DNA of 64,000 nucleotides from the human T2T-CHM13v2.0 reference genome, Homo sapiens. The DNA is taken from assembly GCF_009914755.1 (NCBI RefSeq), contig NC_060930.1. One strand, written 5' to 3'. Position 1 is the stretch's first letter; each line of letters starts with the position of its first letter. The notes beneath the pieces are model-generated. The model was not told the DNA's origin. It did no database searches and saw only the letters and a program-made list of their open reading frames with translations. Positions 38,597-54,478 of this stretch are shown in pieces. A program made the position numbers and the translations under genes.

Positions 38597-39395
38597 CTAA
38601 GGGTATAGTAAAGAAAGAGTCCTTCCTGGCTGTAATGCTCCTATAGCTTGTATAACTGAATTAATGGCTCCTAAATCAGTTAACATTCTCCATTTACCTG
38701 ATTTTTTCTTAATTACAAAAACCGGAGAATTCCAAGGGGAAAGTGTTGTAGCTATGTTCTCATTTTCTAATTGTACATTAACGAAGTTCTCTAAAGTCTC
38801 CAGTTTCTCTTTACTTAGCAGCCACTGTTCTATCCAAATTGGCTTATCTGTTAACCATTTTAAAGGTATAGGTTCTGGAGGCTTAACAATGACTGCCATC
38901 AAAAATGATACCCTAAACCTTGGCGGGAACTTTGTCTCTCCACTTGAAGCATTTTTTTTCAAACCTTGCAAATTTTTTCCTAGTCCCATACCAGGGACAT
39001 GCCCCATTTCATGCATCATATGTTGACTTTGAGGGCTATATAATTGCTCTGGAAGTAGAACTTGTGCTCCCCATTGTTGTAATAAATCTCTCCCCCATAA
39101 ATTTATAGGTACGGAAGTTATAATTGGTTGAATAGTCCCAGGTTGTCCATCGGGACCTTCACAATGCAAAATATAATGGCTTTGATATACTTCAGGGGCT
39201 TTACCAACTCCAACTGTTTTAAGTTGAGTGTGTTGAACTGGCCACGCAGACGGCCAGTGCTGTCGAGAAATGATTGAAATGTCCGCTCCTGTATCTACCA
39301 AATCTTTACATTTCTTTCCCTGAATAGTTATTTCACAGGTAGGACGTTTATCAGTAATTTGATTCACCCAATAAGCTGTTTTGCCTTGTTTATTT
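38597..39395 (-). pseudogene. HML3 protease and start of RT (disrupted)
   Basis: LVDTGADIS...NLWGRDLL and [23 protein letters not shown]; RT core absent after about 38620. Confidence 0.88.
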
Positions 39396-39730
39396 GTGCT
39401 TCCAAATCCTCCTGTTTGTTTAATTTCACTCTTCCCATTCCCACATACGGCACAATCAGGAGCTGTGCTATACACTCTCCTGGCTCTGCTTTCCAGGGAA
39501 CAGAAGTAGATATAACAATTTGAATTTCCCCATTGTAATCTGAATCAATGACCCCTGTATGTATTTGTATGCCTTTTAAACTTAAACTAGGCCTTCCTAG
39601 AAATAATCCTATCGTTCCCGCTGGCAAGGGTCCACAGACCCCTGTTGGGACCTTTTGCAGGGTTTCCCCAGGCAGAAGCCTCACAGCTTTTGTGCAACAT
39701 AAATCTACTGTGGTGCTACTGGCTGTGGCG
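39395..39730 (-). pseudogene. HML3 dUTPase domain (motif 5 frameshifted)
   Basis: [18 protein letters not shown] and IAQLL lie in ORF 39364-39990; GGFGST lies in another frame (39396-39412). Confidence 0.88.
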
Positions 39731-39799
39731 GGGGACAGATATTGTACAAGGATGAGGGAATGGCCTGAGCCAGAAATGCCCCGGTTTGGAATGGGGCCC

Positions 39800-41116
39800 C
39801 GGGATGGGCCCCTCATGGTGTTTCCTGAAATCAGGTTCCCATCTTTATCAAACTTAGAGTGACACTGATTAGCCCAATGTTTTCCTTTTTTGCATTTTGG
39901 ACATATTTCAGGCTCAGTAGTTTTCTTTTTTTCCCCTATATGGTGGCCTGACTTGCTGATTTTTTCTACATTGTTTTTTAGTGTGATCATGCTTCAAACA
40001 GTTAAAACAAGCTCCAGGAAATGGAGTATTTCCTTTATCCACTCTCAGTCCTGCCATTGCCTGTGCCAACAAAGTAGCTTTATGCAGATTACCTCCGATA
40101 CCGTCACAGGCCTTGATATAATCAACTAAATGTGCTTTCCCTCTAATAGGTCGCAAAGCAGCCTGGCAATCGAGATTAACATTGCCAAAAGCTAATAACT
40201 GCAACACTATATCCTGAGCAGCTGAATCTGAAATCACCTTTTTAAGAGACTCCTGTCTTAAGAGATTCCAAGCTATAAAATCTGCATACAGTTCTTTTGG
40301 TCCCTGTTTTACAGCACTAAAGGAAGGGTATTGTTCTCCACCTGAAGTGATTTTTTCCCAAGCTCTAATGCACACTCCTCTAAGCTGCTCTACGGCATCA
40401 TCCTGTATGACCACTTGTGCGTCTAAACCAGCCCAGCAGCCGACCCCCAAAAGTTGGTCCATGTTATATTAATTTGAGTTTCGGCCTGGGCATTGCAAGC
40501 AGCCTGAATGGAAGCTTCATCTGCCCACCAAGTTTTAAATTGTAAGAATTGAGCAGGACTTAGACAAGCTCGAATAAGAGTGTCCCTGTCAGTAGGAATC
40601 ATCCGACTGGAAACAGCAACATTCTTTAACAGTCCCATTACAAAAGGAGAACCTGGTCCATACTGATTAATAGCTTGTTTAAATTATTTGAGTAATTTAA
40701 AAGGAAAAGGCTCAAATGTAGCTATAATATTTCCCTGTTGATCAGGTGGTGTATTCTAACAGGGAACTGCCAAGCCTCTATATCACCCTCTCGTCTAGCC
40801 TGCTGAACTCCTGCCTGAATAGAACTGACAGCAGTCGCTCGAGGTGCTGCTCAGTCACTGGGGCAACTACTTTTCGCCCAGTGTCCTCCAGAAAAGAAAG
40901 ATCTGGAGGGTCTGGCCACTCTTTTTCTTCAAAATAATAATGAGGGGGTGCAGAAGGGTAGGGATGAACCTCTTCCTCCTGTGCCACTTTAGCTTTAGCT
41001 GGCAAATAAACCTGCTCTGTAACCTCTTCTGTTACTTCGTCATACTCTCCTTCCTCCTCATCATCAGTGTGAAAAAGTTCCAAGGTGGAACGAACCAGAG
41101 CCCACACTTGTCCCAT
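39800..41116 (-). pseudogene. HML3 gag (fragmented into several ORFs)
   Basis: ORFs 40778-41116, 40423-40638 and 39914-40462 with MHR VKQGPKELYADFI and CFNCLKHDH. Confidence 0.88.
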
Positions 41117-42069
41117 TGTTACCCGATGCTTCCAAGCTCCCCATCTTACTCACTACGAGGATTGCTTAAGAGTACTTGGGTGTCCTCCAGCTTAGTTCCC
41201 CATTCTCCAACTGTTGCTCTGGCGACCCTTCAACCTGGATTCGAGCCCCCACGTATGGGTGCTGCTTACTGAGACCAGCTTGGTGGGGGAGACCCTAACC
41301 CAGCAGAGCTAGAGGAATTAAAGATACACACACAGAAATATAGAGGTGTGGAGTGGGAAATCAGGGGTTTCACAGCCTTCAGAGCCAAGAGCCTTGAACA
41401 GAGATTTACCCATGTATTTATTGACAGCAAGCCAGTGATAAGCATTGTTTCTATAGATTATAGATTAACTAAAAGTGTTCCTTACAGGAAACAAAGGGAT
41501 GGGCTGAAATGAAGGGATGGGCTCTGGCTAGTTATCTGCAGCAGGAGCATGTCCTTAAGGCACAGATTGCTCACGCTACTGTTTGTGGTTTAAGAACACC
41601 TTTAAGTGGTTTTCCACTCTGGGTGGGCCAGGTGTTCCTTGCCCCCATTCCGGTAAACCCACAACATTCCAGCGTGGGCATCATGGCCATCACGAACATG
41701 TCACAGTGCTGCAGAGATTTTGTTTATGGCCAGTTTTGGGGCCAGTTTATGGCCATATTTTGGGGGGCCCGTTCCCAACATTACAGAAACAAAATGCAGC
41801 ATCTACTATCACTATCTTTTTGTTCAGTCATCCATTATGTGAATGACAACTTCATTGTTACTAACTTTGGAAAGATCCCATTTCAAAGAAAAATGGGATT
41901 TCAGCTTCTTCAGTGGTAGATTTTCTTACACTCAGCAGCTAATAAAATATCTGAACCCCACAAAAAACCCCTGTTTATCTCTGTTATCTCTGGGTATAGA
42001 AAAATGCTGAATTCTTATTTGTATGTGAAATAAAGTGGTTTTTCAATAAGAAATTTTGCTATAAGGTAA

Positions 42070-43115
<1,046 letters not shown>

Positions 43116-45202
43116 TAACATTTTATTTTATCTGATAGTAGAGTGAAGCACTTGCATTACAAAAATAAAATACATACAAATTACAACAACTTTGCCAATC
43201 TAACATATGACCTCGAATGATAGTTAAATTAGGAGCCAGTCAGCCACTTTCAGACATGTTTTTCAAAGTGAAATTTTAAAGGCAGTGTCATTGTTTACTT
43301 CTACTAATGCTCATAGGTTTAGCTGTGGTCCTGCTATAGAGTTTGTTAAGAAAACTTCCCTGAGTTGTTTTAAATGGTCTTATCAAAGCCAAACACTGAA
43401 ATCCTATAATCATTGGAATTGGGAACAAAAGATACATTTCTAGGCTTTATTTTATTATAAATTAAAATCTTAGTGATTGTAGGATCATTTTTCCTTATGG
43501 ATTTTTTCTAATATATTTAAAGCATAGATAATTGTGTTCAATCAGTTGTATTTTATGCTGAATCATTTGACCATGTGAGGAAAGCATATTTTTGGACTCT
43601 TATCCCATCTTGACCAGAGGGATCAGTAAAAACCTGGAATGAAGAAGTTCTTCATGTGCACATCTTTTTTTCTTGTGTGCACTGCCCTTCATTCACACTT
43701 CTGTGCATTCACACATTTGTGATTGCACGTTTTGGTATTGATTTAGAATCATTTATTAATTCCACAGTCAAGTTAATAAAATGCCATTGGGAATTAAAGA
43801 TAAATTTTACATGCATTTTCTCAAAATTCATTACTTGATCCATTTATTCATTCTAAACCCATGTCAAATGCCATTCTTTAAACCTCATGTTTTATTAAAG
43901 TTGATTTCACTTATTAATTCAATCAAAAGCCATTGAAGTTTATAGCAAGAGGCATCAAAGAAGGCAGAATGTTTCTATCTGTTCTGGGATTAACGGGGGT
44001 AGAAAGATGGGAAGGGCAGAGGGACAAGAGGCCTCACAGAGACAGACAAGATATAAAGACACCTGCTTCCCTGGCCAGAAACCAACTTCCAGGATTCAGG
44101 ATTCAGGAGTAAAGTGTCCCAATAATTAGAAGGTTTCCTGGTCTCTCTCAAATTCAGTGCTCATTTGGCCAGGGATAAGGCCCTCACACCCTTTGCTTTG
44201 AGGATCCAAGCTTAGAATGTGGCTGTCTCTGGGACATTTCATGCTAAAGAAAGCCCAGCAAGTGTAGACAAAGAGTCTAGAGGGCACCAGCCACCCTTCC
44301 ATGGAACTCTGTTCAAGGCAACTCTCTGTGTTCTGTTACTTATATTGGCCGCGTCTTCAGGAATTTAGCGAAATGGCCATGTTGTCTCTGAGTGGAAGTG
44401 AGGGGAGGCCACTGGGCAGTCAGAGATTTTGAATCCCTGTTTCCTTTCCCCCCATCTCAACCAGAGGCCACTTGTGGAAGCCCAAGAAAAAAAGACACGA
44501 ATGTCAGAGGTGAATCCAGGCTCATGAACCCATTGTGGTCACGGGACTGAAGCCACGTGGCCCAACAGTAATGAAGTCTATGAGGCCTTGGTAACCCCAA
44601 AGCTCTCCCCCAATTAGGAGCTGCCTCTCACTGCCATCAGGCACCCCAGGAGCTGGACATGTGGCATTCTTTGTCATGTCTGATGAGGAACTGGAGAGGT
44701 CCCACAGCATATAGACCTTGATCGAATTCGAGCTAGAGTGGAGTCAGGCAAAACTCTGCATTGACTCAGAGGCACCTACACGTGAAATAAAGTCTCCACT
44801 CAGAGCTTCCATCAGAGCATCAGGCTCAGTAGCAATTCCCTTCTGCTGTTGCTGTATTTGCCCTGTGACAACTGGTGCTTGAAGGAAGGAGAAATCATTA
44901 TGTGTGCAGGAAAGCACATGCAATTAGAAAACTGGGACATGATTCATAAGGCAGGAGGGACCCTTTTCTCTTTCGTGGTAGATGTGGGACTCCCTGTCAT
45001 CTTTGTCCTGATGCCCCAAGTGCACAAGGTGAATTTTCCTGCTCTCAGTTGAGTGACCAACACTGGGAGCTGGAATTCAGAGAAACAGTGGCAGCCTCTC
45101 TCTCTCCATCCCCCATCCCAGTAAATCTAAGGCAAGGGCCTAGGGCTCTTGCACTTTATTTTCACCATGCATTTTCCTTCTCTGGTTAAGAAAATAACCA
45201 AA

Positions 45203-45515
45203 TGGCCAGGCGTGGTGGCTCACACCTGTAATCCCAGCACTTCGGGAGGCTGAGGTGGGAGGAGCACCTGAGGTCAGGAGTTCGAGACCAGCCTGGCAAA
45301 CATGATGAAACTCCATCTCTACCAAAAATGCAAAAATTAGCCAGATGTGGTGGCATGCACCTGTAATCCCAGCTACTCAGGAGGCTGAGGCATGAGGATC
45401 ACTTGAACTCGGAAGGTGGAGGTTGCAGCCAGCTGAGATTGTGCCACTGCACTCCAGCCTGTGATAGAGTGAGACCCTGTCTCGACAACAACAACAACAA
45501 CAACAACAAAAAAGG
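45203..45515 (+). mobile_element. Alu with (CAA)n tail
   Basis: Dimer; TSD-like aaaataaccaaat. Confidence 0.9.
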
Positions 45516-45818
45516 AAATAAAAAAAGAGAAAATAACCAAATGTATAAAAATCAAGGTTGCAATTCTGCAATTCTTGTGGCACCCAGAATACTGGACTAG
45601 ACCAAGGGTGCCAGGTGCTTGTCACTGCTCCACCACTCAACGGCTGTGACCTCAGGAGAATCTCTCCAAGTCCTGGTGCTTGTTAATTCATCTGTGAGTC
45701 ATGGATAAACACATCCATTCTAGTGAGAATAAATGAAAACACATTTCATCCTTACTGAGATGCAGTGAGTGTTGCCCCAGTACTAAGGGGTAAATGCAGA
45801 GAGAAACATTAGTTTAGG

Positions 45819-46116
<298 letters not shown>

Positions 46117-46524
46117 CATCAGCTCGGGATTTTAAGAAACATCCTTAAAAGTAGGAAGAAAGCACATAATACCTGCAAAGCCCTGGGTAAAAATCCTCTT
46201 TTACTTCAGTAATGATTACAAAATAATTATTTCTCATAACTTCTAGAAAATTAGAGGAAAACTCATTCCTTCAACATCTCAAGAAACTTAAATACAGATG
46301 GTGATTATATATCAGATTGGAACCACAAGCTTTGTTCTGAGTAAAACTGAAAAGAAATGGGGATATCTCCATTTTTGAGTGGTGACCATGGGACCCAAAG
46401 TGGTTTGTAAATGACCCTTTATCATCTACACTTGTCAATTTTCAATTGATTCACTCATTTCTTAGAAATCCCTGATAATTCATAATCTTGAAAAAATTTC
46501 ATGTCCAGATACTAGGCAGGGTAA

Positions 46525-47376
<852 letters not shown>

Positions 47377-48689
47377 TAAATCTCTTTGGCTTAACTCTGT
47401 CTCTTAATACTCTGAAATTTTGTTCTTGCAGTGAGAACAAAAAAAAAAGACAGCCAAAGGTTGGTGTCACGCAGAAGGTGAGCCCTCCCTAACTCTGGCT
47501 GCCCCAAGACGCAGTGCTGTGTCATTCCTGAAAGTTTGCTCCATTCTAGTGATTCTGGCTCCAGCTTTTTCATTGGGAAGAGGATTCTCTCCCAGAGGAA
47601 AAACTTCTCCTGCTATGCAGGCTTATTTTCTTTATATTTGTAGGACAAAAAAGTTGATGTAATAAAAAGAATATATTTGTGAAATTTTTGTGGTAATCAT
47701 TTTGATATCCTTATCAATACCCCATATTGTGATGAACATGTTGGCTTCATTTTGGCAGAAGGGACATGACACTGGACATTTTGAGCCACAATTTCTCTGG
47801 GCCTTTCCATGGGATTCAGTTTCTGCCCTGGTAGGTGAAGGGAGAGCTCTTGGTGTAGGGTTTGGTCTTTATAATAAACTATGCTTTTGGGGTAGCAGGT
47901 TTATCTCTGGAAGCATGAAGCTTAGTCAGGAGTGCGACCCTCCTCCCCATTCAAAAGGTCAAGGTAGAGCAGGTTCTTGTTCAGGGCGCAGTGAGCGAGA
48001 GAAGGGAAAGTGACAGAGCATTCTTTCACCTTTTTGTGACATGCATGCATCCAAGTCTCTGGTGTTTTAAATAACTGAAACTGAGACCTAGATCCACTTA
48101 TCTGTAAAGTAGAACTGTGGAGAAGGAAGCATATCATCCCCGCCACTGGAGAGATCCCTGAAGAGAGATTTGTGAGCCCCCATTTTATCGAAAATGACAC
48201 AAAATTTCATCAAAATAAAGTGAAATTGTGGCTGTAGATGGGGTTTTATTTAGAGCTTTGACTCCGCATCTGCTTCCTAAGACATGGTCCTTCCCCAGGA
48301 TACTACAGAATCACAGGGCTTAGACTGGAGGGGTAAGGCGTGATGGTGTTCTTCCTTTCTGGCCGATAGGATGTTTTGGATTGTATGTATTTTCCAAAGA
48401 CGGCTGCAGAAGTATCTTCCATCACACTTTGTTTTCTTTAGTTTGATCCACCACTCCCTCATCAAGAGGTAAGTTCTTTCCATCCCCTTAAACATGAGCA
48501 GATCTGATATCTGCGTTAGCCAATAAAATAGGGCAGAAACGTGGTTGTGTCAGTTCTGGGCACTGCTGTTAACCATCCTGCCTGCATCTGGTTCCTTCCA
48601 CTTCAATCCCTGAACCATGTTAAACTCCAAGGCCATCATCTGAGCCCAGCCAACACATAGAACCCTATGAGAGATCATTAAAAATTCTT

Positions 48690-49170
48690 AGTTACTATTT
48701 TCAGGAATATCCTTTTCCATCCTTTCATTTTCAACTTGTATGCGTCCTTAGATCCAAAGTGAGTATCTTGTAGCCAGCATATGGTTAGAATCTTTTTATT
48801 ATATCCATTGTGATAATCTCAATTCTGATTGGGGAGTTTAATCCATTACATTTAAAGTAATTACTGATGAAGAAGGACTTACCTCTGTAATTGTGATGGT
48901 TTTATGCATGTCTTATAGCTGTTTCGTCCCTTATCTTCCTCATTCCAACCTTCCTTTGTGTTTAGTCGATTTTTTTCTAGTGATATGTTTTAATTGCCTT
49001 CTCACTTTCTTTTGTGTATATTTTATGTATATTTTCTTTGTGATTACTATGGTATTGCACATAACAATACAACTATAACAATTTTGAATTGAAACCAGTA
49101 TGAAACTCTGCTTCTTTACATCTTTTTCCACCCCTCATTTTACATTATTGATGTCACAAATTACTCCTCT
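48690..49170 (-). mobile_element. Old L1M ORF2 5' fragment
   Basis: TTTAATCCATTACATTTAAAGTAATTACTGAT is the L1 endonuclease-start motif in antisense. Confidence 0.65.
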
Positions 49171-49939
49171 GCAGGCTAGCAGGCTGGAAAGTCACAATGT
49201 TGCAGTCTTCAGTCTAAAATTTGTAAACCAGGCTGGCAGATTGGAAATCTAAACTGTAGTTGCTACTGTCATCTTGAGGCAGAATTTTTTCTTCTTTGAG
49301 AAGCCTCACACTTTGCCCAAAGGCCTTCAACTGATTCAAAAAGTCCCGCCCACATTTTTGAGGGTAATTTCTTTTTCATAAAATCAACTGACATAAGATT
49401 TTAACCACAAGTGCAAAACACCATCATAGCAACATATAAATTAGTGTTTGATTAAATAACTAGACACTATGGTTTAGTAAAATTGACACATAATACCCAC
49501 CACCCTAGTCCATGCTTGTGAACTTGGCACCCATTAACGTTTTCTTAAACCATACTTAGTCTCCAAATAAAAACAATTATAAAGTCATACTTTTGCTAAA
49601 GATGATACAGCTATCTTGCATCCATCTAAAAACACTAACCATTTCCTCAGAAAAAAATTCAAACTCAATGCATGATAAGCATTTTTCTCTTCGATATACT
49701 GTAACCTAAACACCATGTTTAAAAAAAGTTGAACCATCATTAATAAAAGGGAACTATTATTAGCACATTTTATGTTTTATTACAAGATGATAAGGAAAAG
49801 ATGAAAACAAAGGTATTTGCTTAGTACATGTATGGGTACATACACACAGACATAAATATCATTGTAAAAACATAAGGAAGAAATGCTTATAACATTTACT
49901 GTCTTTATTTCTGCAACTGATCACATGGTTACAGCTGGT

Positions 49940-50255
49940 TATTTATTTATTTATTTACTTATTTATTTATTTGATACAGGGTCTTGTTCTGTTGCCCAGG
50001 CTGGAGTGCAGTGGCATTACCTTGGCTCACTGCAAACTCCACCTCCTGGGCACAAGTGATCCTTCTACCTCAACCTCCTAAGTAGCTGGGACTGCAAGCA
50101 CACCACCAAGTCTGACTAATTTTTTGTATGTATTTTCAGTAGAGATGGAATTTCAGCATGTTGCCCAGGTTGGTCTCACATTCCTCAACTTAAGGAATCC
50201 ACCTGCCTCAGCCTCCCAAAGTGCTGGGGTTATAGGCATGAGCCACTGTGCTGGC
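49940..50255 (-). mobile_element. AluJ-like
   Basis: (TTTA)n tail, diverged dimer. Confidence 0.85.
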
Positions 50256-50699
50256 CACAACTAGTGTAAATAGCTTTCTTTCACTAACCATCCCATAGTC
50301 CCACTGCCTTCAGCAAGTCCGTCAGCTGATCAGGTTTCTTTTCCTGCTTGGGTGACTCATACCTTCATTCCTGAAGGGCATGGGTCATTAGTAGTCCTGC
50401 CTGACTTGGGTTGTTGTAGTTTTTATTGACTTTAATTATAGAGCAGAGTATTACTAAGAGATGCTCTAAAAGATCTCCTGTATTTCAAACATAGTCTTAT
50501 TTACTGCCATTGTGTAGTAGCAGACCAATTTCCCCCTGATGACCAGGACCAATCACCCCAGAAAGTGCAGTAACTCCTTCCTTTGTCTGTTGATTCAGTA
50601 ACATGAGGAGCTGAAGGGCCCGGGTGGGTGTCTTAGCTTCCAGCTCAATGGAATAATTTCTGTGTCTCCTGAGGGAGTATTCCTCCCTTTGGTAAACCT

Positions 50700-53600
50700 C
50701 TAGATCCTGATCCTATTCCTCGTGACTGGACAAGACCTCCCAACCAGGGTCTCCAGTACCTCCTACAGGTGTGTTTGGGCTGGCAACAGGTCTGTACTTT
50801 CCTGAGACAGAGCTCCCAAAGGAAAAGGCAGACTACCATCTTTGCTGTTATGTAGCTTTCACTGGTGATATCTCCAGTTACTGGAAAATCTGAGGCAACT
50901 GGGGACTGGAGCAGGCCCTCAGCAAACTGCAGTAGCCCTACAGAAAAGTGGCCAGACTGTTGAAAGAGAAAACAAAAGAAGAGAAAAACAAAACCCATTC
51001 ATAGATCAGCAACCTCAAAGAATGAAGGTAGATAAGCCCACTAAGATGAGAAAGAATCAGCACAACAATGCTGAAAACTCAAAAAGCCAGCAAGGGTTTG
51101 GAACCAGGCTAAAGCTGAGATGACTGAAAGAGCAGAAGTAGAATTCAGAATATGGAGAGGGAAGAAGTTCACTGTGCTAAAGGAGTACAGTGTGACCCAA
51201 TCCAAGGAAGCTAAAAATAATGATAAAACATTGCAGGAGCTGACAGACAAAATAGCCAGTATTATAGAAGAATGAAACCAACCTGATAAAGCTGAAAAAC
51301 ACACTAAAAGAATTTCATAGTGCACTCACAAGTATTAACAGCAGAATAGAACAAGTGGAGGAAAGACTCTCAGTGCTTGAAGACCAGCTTTCTAAAATAA
51401 GACAGGAAGACAAGAATAGAGAAAACAGAATGAAAAGGAACAAACAAAACCTCTGAGAAACATCAGATTATGTAAAGAAACTGAATCCATGAATTATTGG
51501 TATACCTGAAAGAGATGGGAATAATGGAATCAATTTGGAACACACTTCAAGATATCATCCATGAGAACTTTCCCAACCTAGCTAGACAGACCAACATTCA
51601 AATTCAGAAATGCAGAGGACACTAGTAAGTTACTCCATGAGAAGATCATCCCCAAGATACAATCATCAGATTCTCCATGGTTGAAATGAAAGAAAGAACG
51701 TTAAGGGCAGCCAGAGAGAAAGGCCAGGTCACCTACAAAGGGAAGCCCATTAGACTAACAGTGGACCTCCAAGTGGAAACCCTACACACCAGAAGAGATT
51801 GAGGGCCAGTATTGAACATTGTTAAAGAAAAGAATTTCCAACCCACAATTTCATATCCAGCCAAACTAAGCTTCATAAGCAAAAAAGAAATAAAATTCTT
51901 TTCAGACAAACAAATGCCAAGGGAATTCATTACCACCAGACCTGCATTACAAGAACTCCTAAAAGAAGCACTAAATATGGAAAGGAAAGACAGTTACCAG
52001 CCACTACAAAAACACGCTGAAGTACATAGACCAGTGACGCAATAAAGCAACCACATAAGCAAGTCTGCAAAGTAACCAGCTAACACCATGATGACAGGAT
52101 CAAATCCATACATATCAATACTAACCTTAAATGTAAATGGGCTAAATGCCACATTTAAAAGACACAGAAGGGCAAGCTGGATAAAGAACCAAGACCTATC
52201 AGTATGCTGCCTACAATACACTCATCTTACATTCAATGACACACATAGGCACAAAATAAAGAGATGGAGGAAAATTTTCCAAGCAAATGGAAAGCGGAAG
52301 AAAGCCAGGGTTGCAATCCTAGTTTCTGACAACACAGACTTTAAACCAAGAAAGATAAAAAAAGATAAAGGTGGGCATTACATAATGGTAAAGGGTTCAA
52401 TTCAATGAAGAGATCTAACTATCCTAAATATATATGCATCCAATAGAGGAACACCCAGATTTATAAGGCAGGTTCTTAGAGACCGTCAAAGAGATTTAGA
52501 ACCTCACACAGTAGAAGTGGTGGACTTTAATACCCCACTGACAATATTAGACAGATCATCAAGACAGAAAATTAACAAAGATATTCAGGACCTGAATTCA
52601 GCCCTGGAGCAAATGGACCTGATAGATATTTACAGAACTCCAGACCCCAGAACAACAGAATATACATTTTTCTCATTGCTACATGGCACTTACTCTAAAA
52701 TCAATCACGCAATCAGAAGTAAAACACTCCTCAGCAAATGCAAAAGAACTGAAATCATAACAAATAGTCTCTCAGACTACAGTGCAATCAAATTCAAAAT
52801 CAAGAATAAGAAATTCACTAAAACCATATAATTACTTAGAAATTAAATAACCTGTTCTTGAATGACTTTTAGTAAATAATGAAATTCAGGTAGAAATCAA
52901 GAAGTTCTTTGAAACTAATGAGAAAAAAGATACAATGTACCAGAACCTCTGGGAAACAGCTAAGGCAGTGTTAAGAGGGAAATTTATAGCAGTAAATGCC
53001 CACATCAAAAAGTTAGAAAGATCTCAAGTCAACAACCTAAAATCAAACCTAAAAGAACTTAAGAATGAAGAGCAAACATATCCCGAAGCTAGCAGAAGAC
53101 AAGAAATAACAAAAAAAATTAACAAAAGTATTGTCTCCTGAAGGAGACAGAGACACAAAAAACCATTTGAAGGATCAATAAATTCAGGAGGTTTTTTAAA
53201 AGAAATTAATAAAATAGACCACTAGCTAAGCTAATAAAGAAGAAAAGAGAGAAAATTCCAATAAACACAATCAGAAACAATAAGAGGAACATTACCACTG
53301 ACCCCACAGAAATACAAGAAACCACCAGAAAATATTATGAACACTTCTATGCGCATAAACTAGAAAATCTAGAAGAAATGGATAAATTCCTGGACACATA
53401 CACCGCCCCCAAGACTGAACCAGGAAGAAATGCAATCTCTGAAAAAATAATGAGTTCTGAACTTGAGGCAGTAATGAAGAGCCTACCAAAAAAAAAAAAA
53501 AAAGTGCAGGACCAGATGATTGACAGGTGAATTCTACTGGATGTACAAAGAAGAGATGGTACCATTCCTATTGAAACTATTCCCAAAAAATGAGGAGGAG

Positions 53601-54478
53601 AGACTCCTCCCTAACTCATTCTATTAGGCCAGCATCATCCTGATACCAAAATGTGGCAGAGATACAACAACAACAAACAAGAGAAAACATCAGGCCAGTA
53701 TTCTTGATGAACATTAATGCAAAAATCTCCAACAAAATGCTGGCAAACCGAATCCTGCAGCACATCAAAAACCTTATCCACCACAATCAAGTAGGCTTCA
53801 TCGCCAGGATGCAAGGTTAGTTCAACATATGCAAATCAATAAATGTGATTCATCACGTAAACAGAACTAAAGACAAAAACTACATGATTGTCTCAGTTGA
53901 TGAAGAAAAGGCTTTTGATAAAATTCAAACTCTATTCATGTTTTTAAAAAAACTCTCAATAAACTAGGTGTTCAAGGAATATACCTCAAAACAATAAAAG
54001 CCATCTATGACAAACCCACAGCCAACTTCATACTGAATGGGCAAAACTAGAAGCATTCTCCTTGAAATCAGCACAAGACAAGGATGCCTTCTCTCACTGC
54101 TCCTGTTCAACACAGTATCGGAAATTCTGACCAGGGCAATCAGGCAAGTGAAATTAAAAAAAAAAAAAAAAAAAAAGAAGGATGTTCAAATAGGACGAGA
54201 GGAATTCAAATGATTCCTGTTTGCAGATGACATGATTCTATAACTAGAAAAACCCATAGCCTCAGTCCAAAAGCTTCTTAAGCTGATAAACAACTTCAGC
54301 AAATTCTCAAGATACAAAATCAATGTGCAAAAATTACTAGCATTTCTACACACTGACAACAGGCAAGCCAAGAGCCAAAGCAGGAATGAACTCCCACTCA
54401 CAATTGCCACAAAAAGAATACAATACCTAGGAATAATGCTAATTTGGGAGGTAAAAGATGTCTGCAAGGAGAACTACT
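50700..54478 (+). mobile_element. Old primate L1: 5'UTR part, ORF1 and ORF2 through RT; 3'-truncated and dead
   Basis: ORF1 NIVKEKNFQPTISYPAKLSF, ORF2 start MTGSNPYISILTLNVNGLN (about 52091), RT TTTGCAGATGAC (about 54220); many stops and frameshifts. Confidence 0.92.

Larger units (their letters stand above)
37663..41780 (-). mobile_element. HERV-K(HML3)/HERVK9 provirus with MER9 LTRs, internally deleted
   Basis: Perfect 6-bp TSD TTACAG (37657-37662 / 41781-41786). Full 5' LTR 41267-41780, Lys-type PBS, gag from 41116 (MGQVWALVR), CCHC knuckles, dUTPase, protease (LVDTGAD), RT N-terminus, RNase H (FTDGS). Only 37663-37775 of the 3' LTR remains. Confidence 0.95.

Noticed and set aside
44715-44740. 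GATCGAATTCGAGCT resembling a vector polylinker
   Set aside because: The match is too short and there is no other vector sequence nearby.
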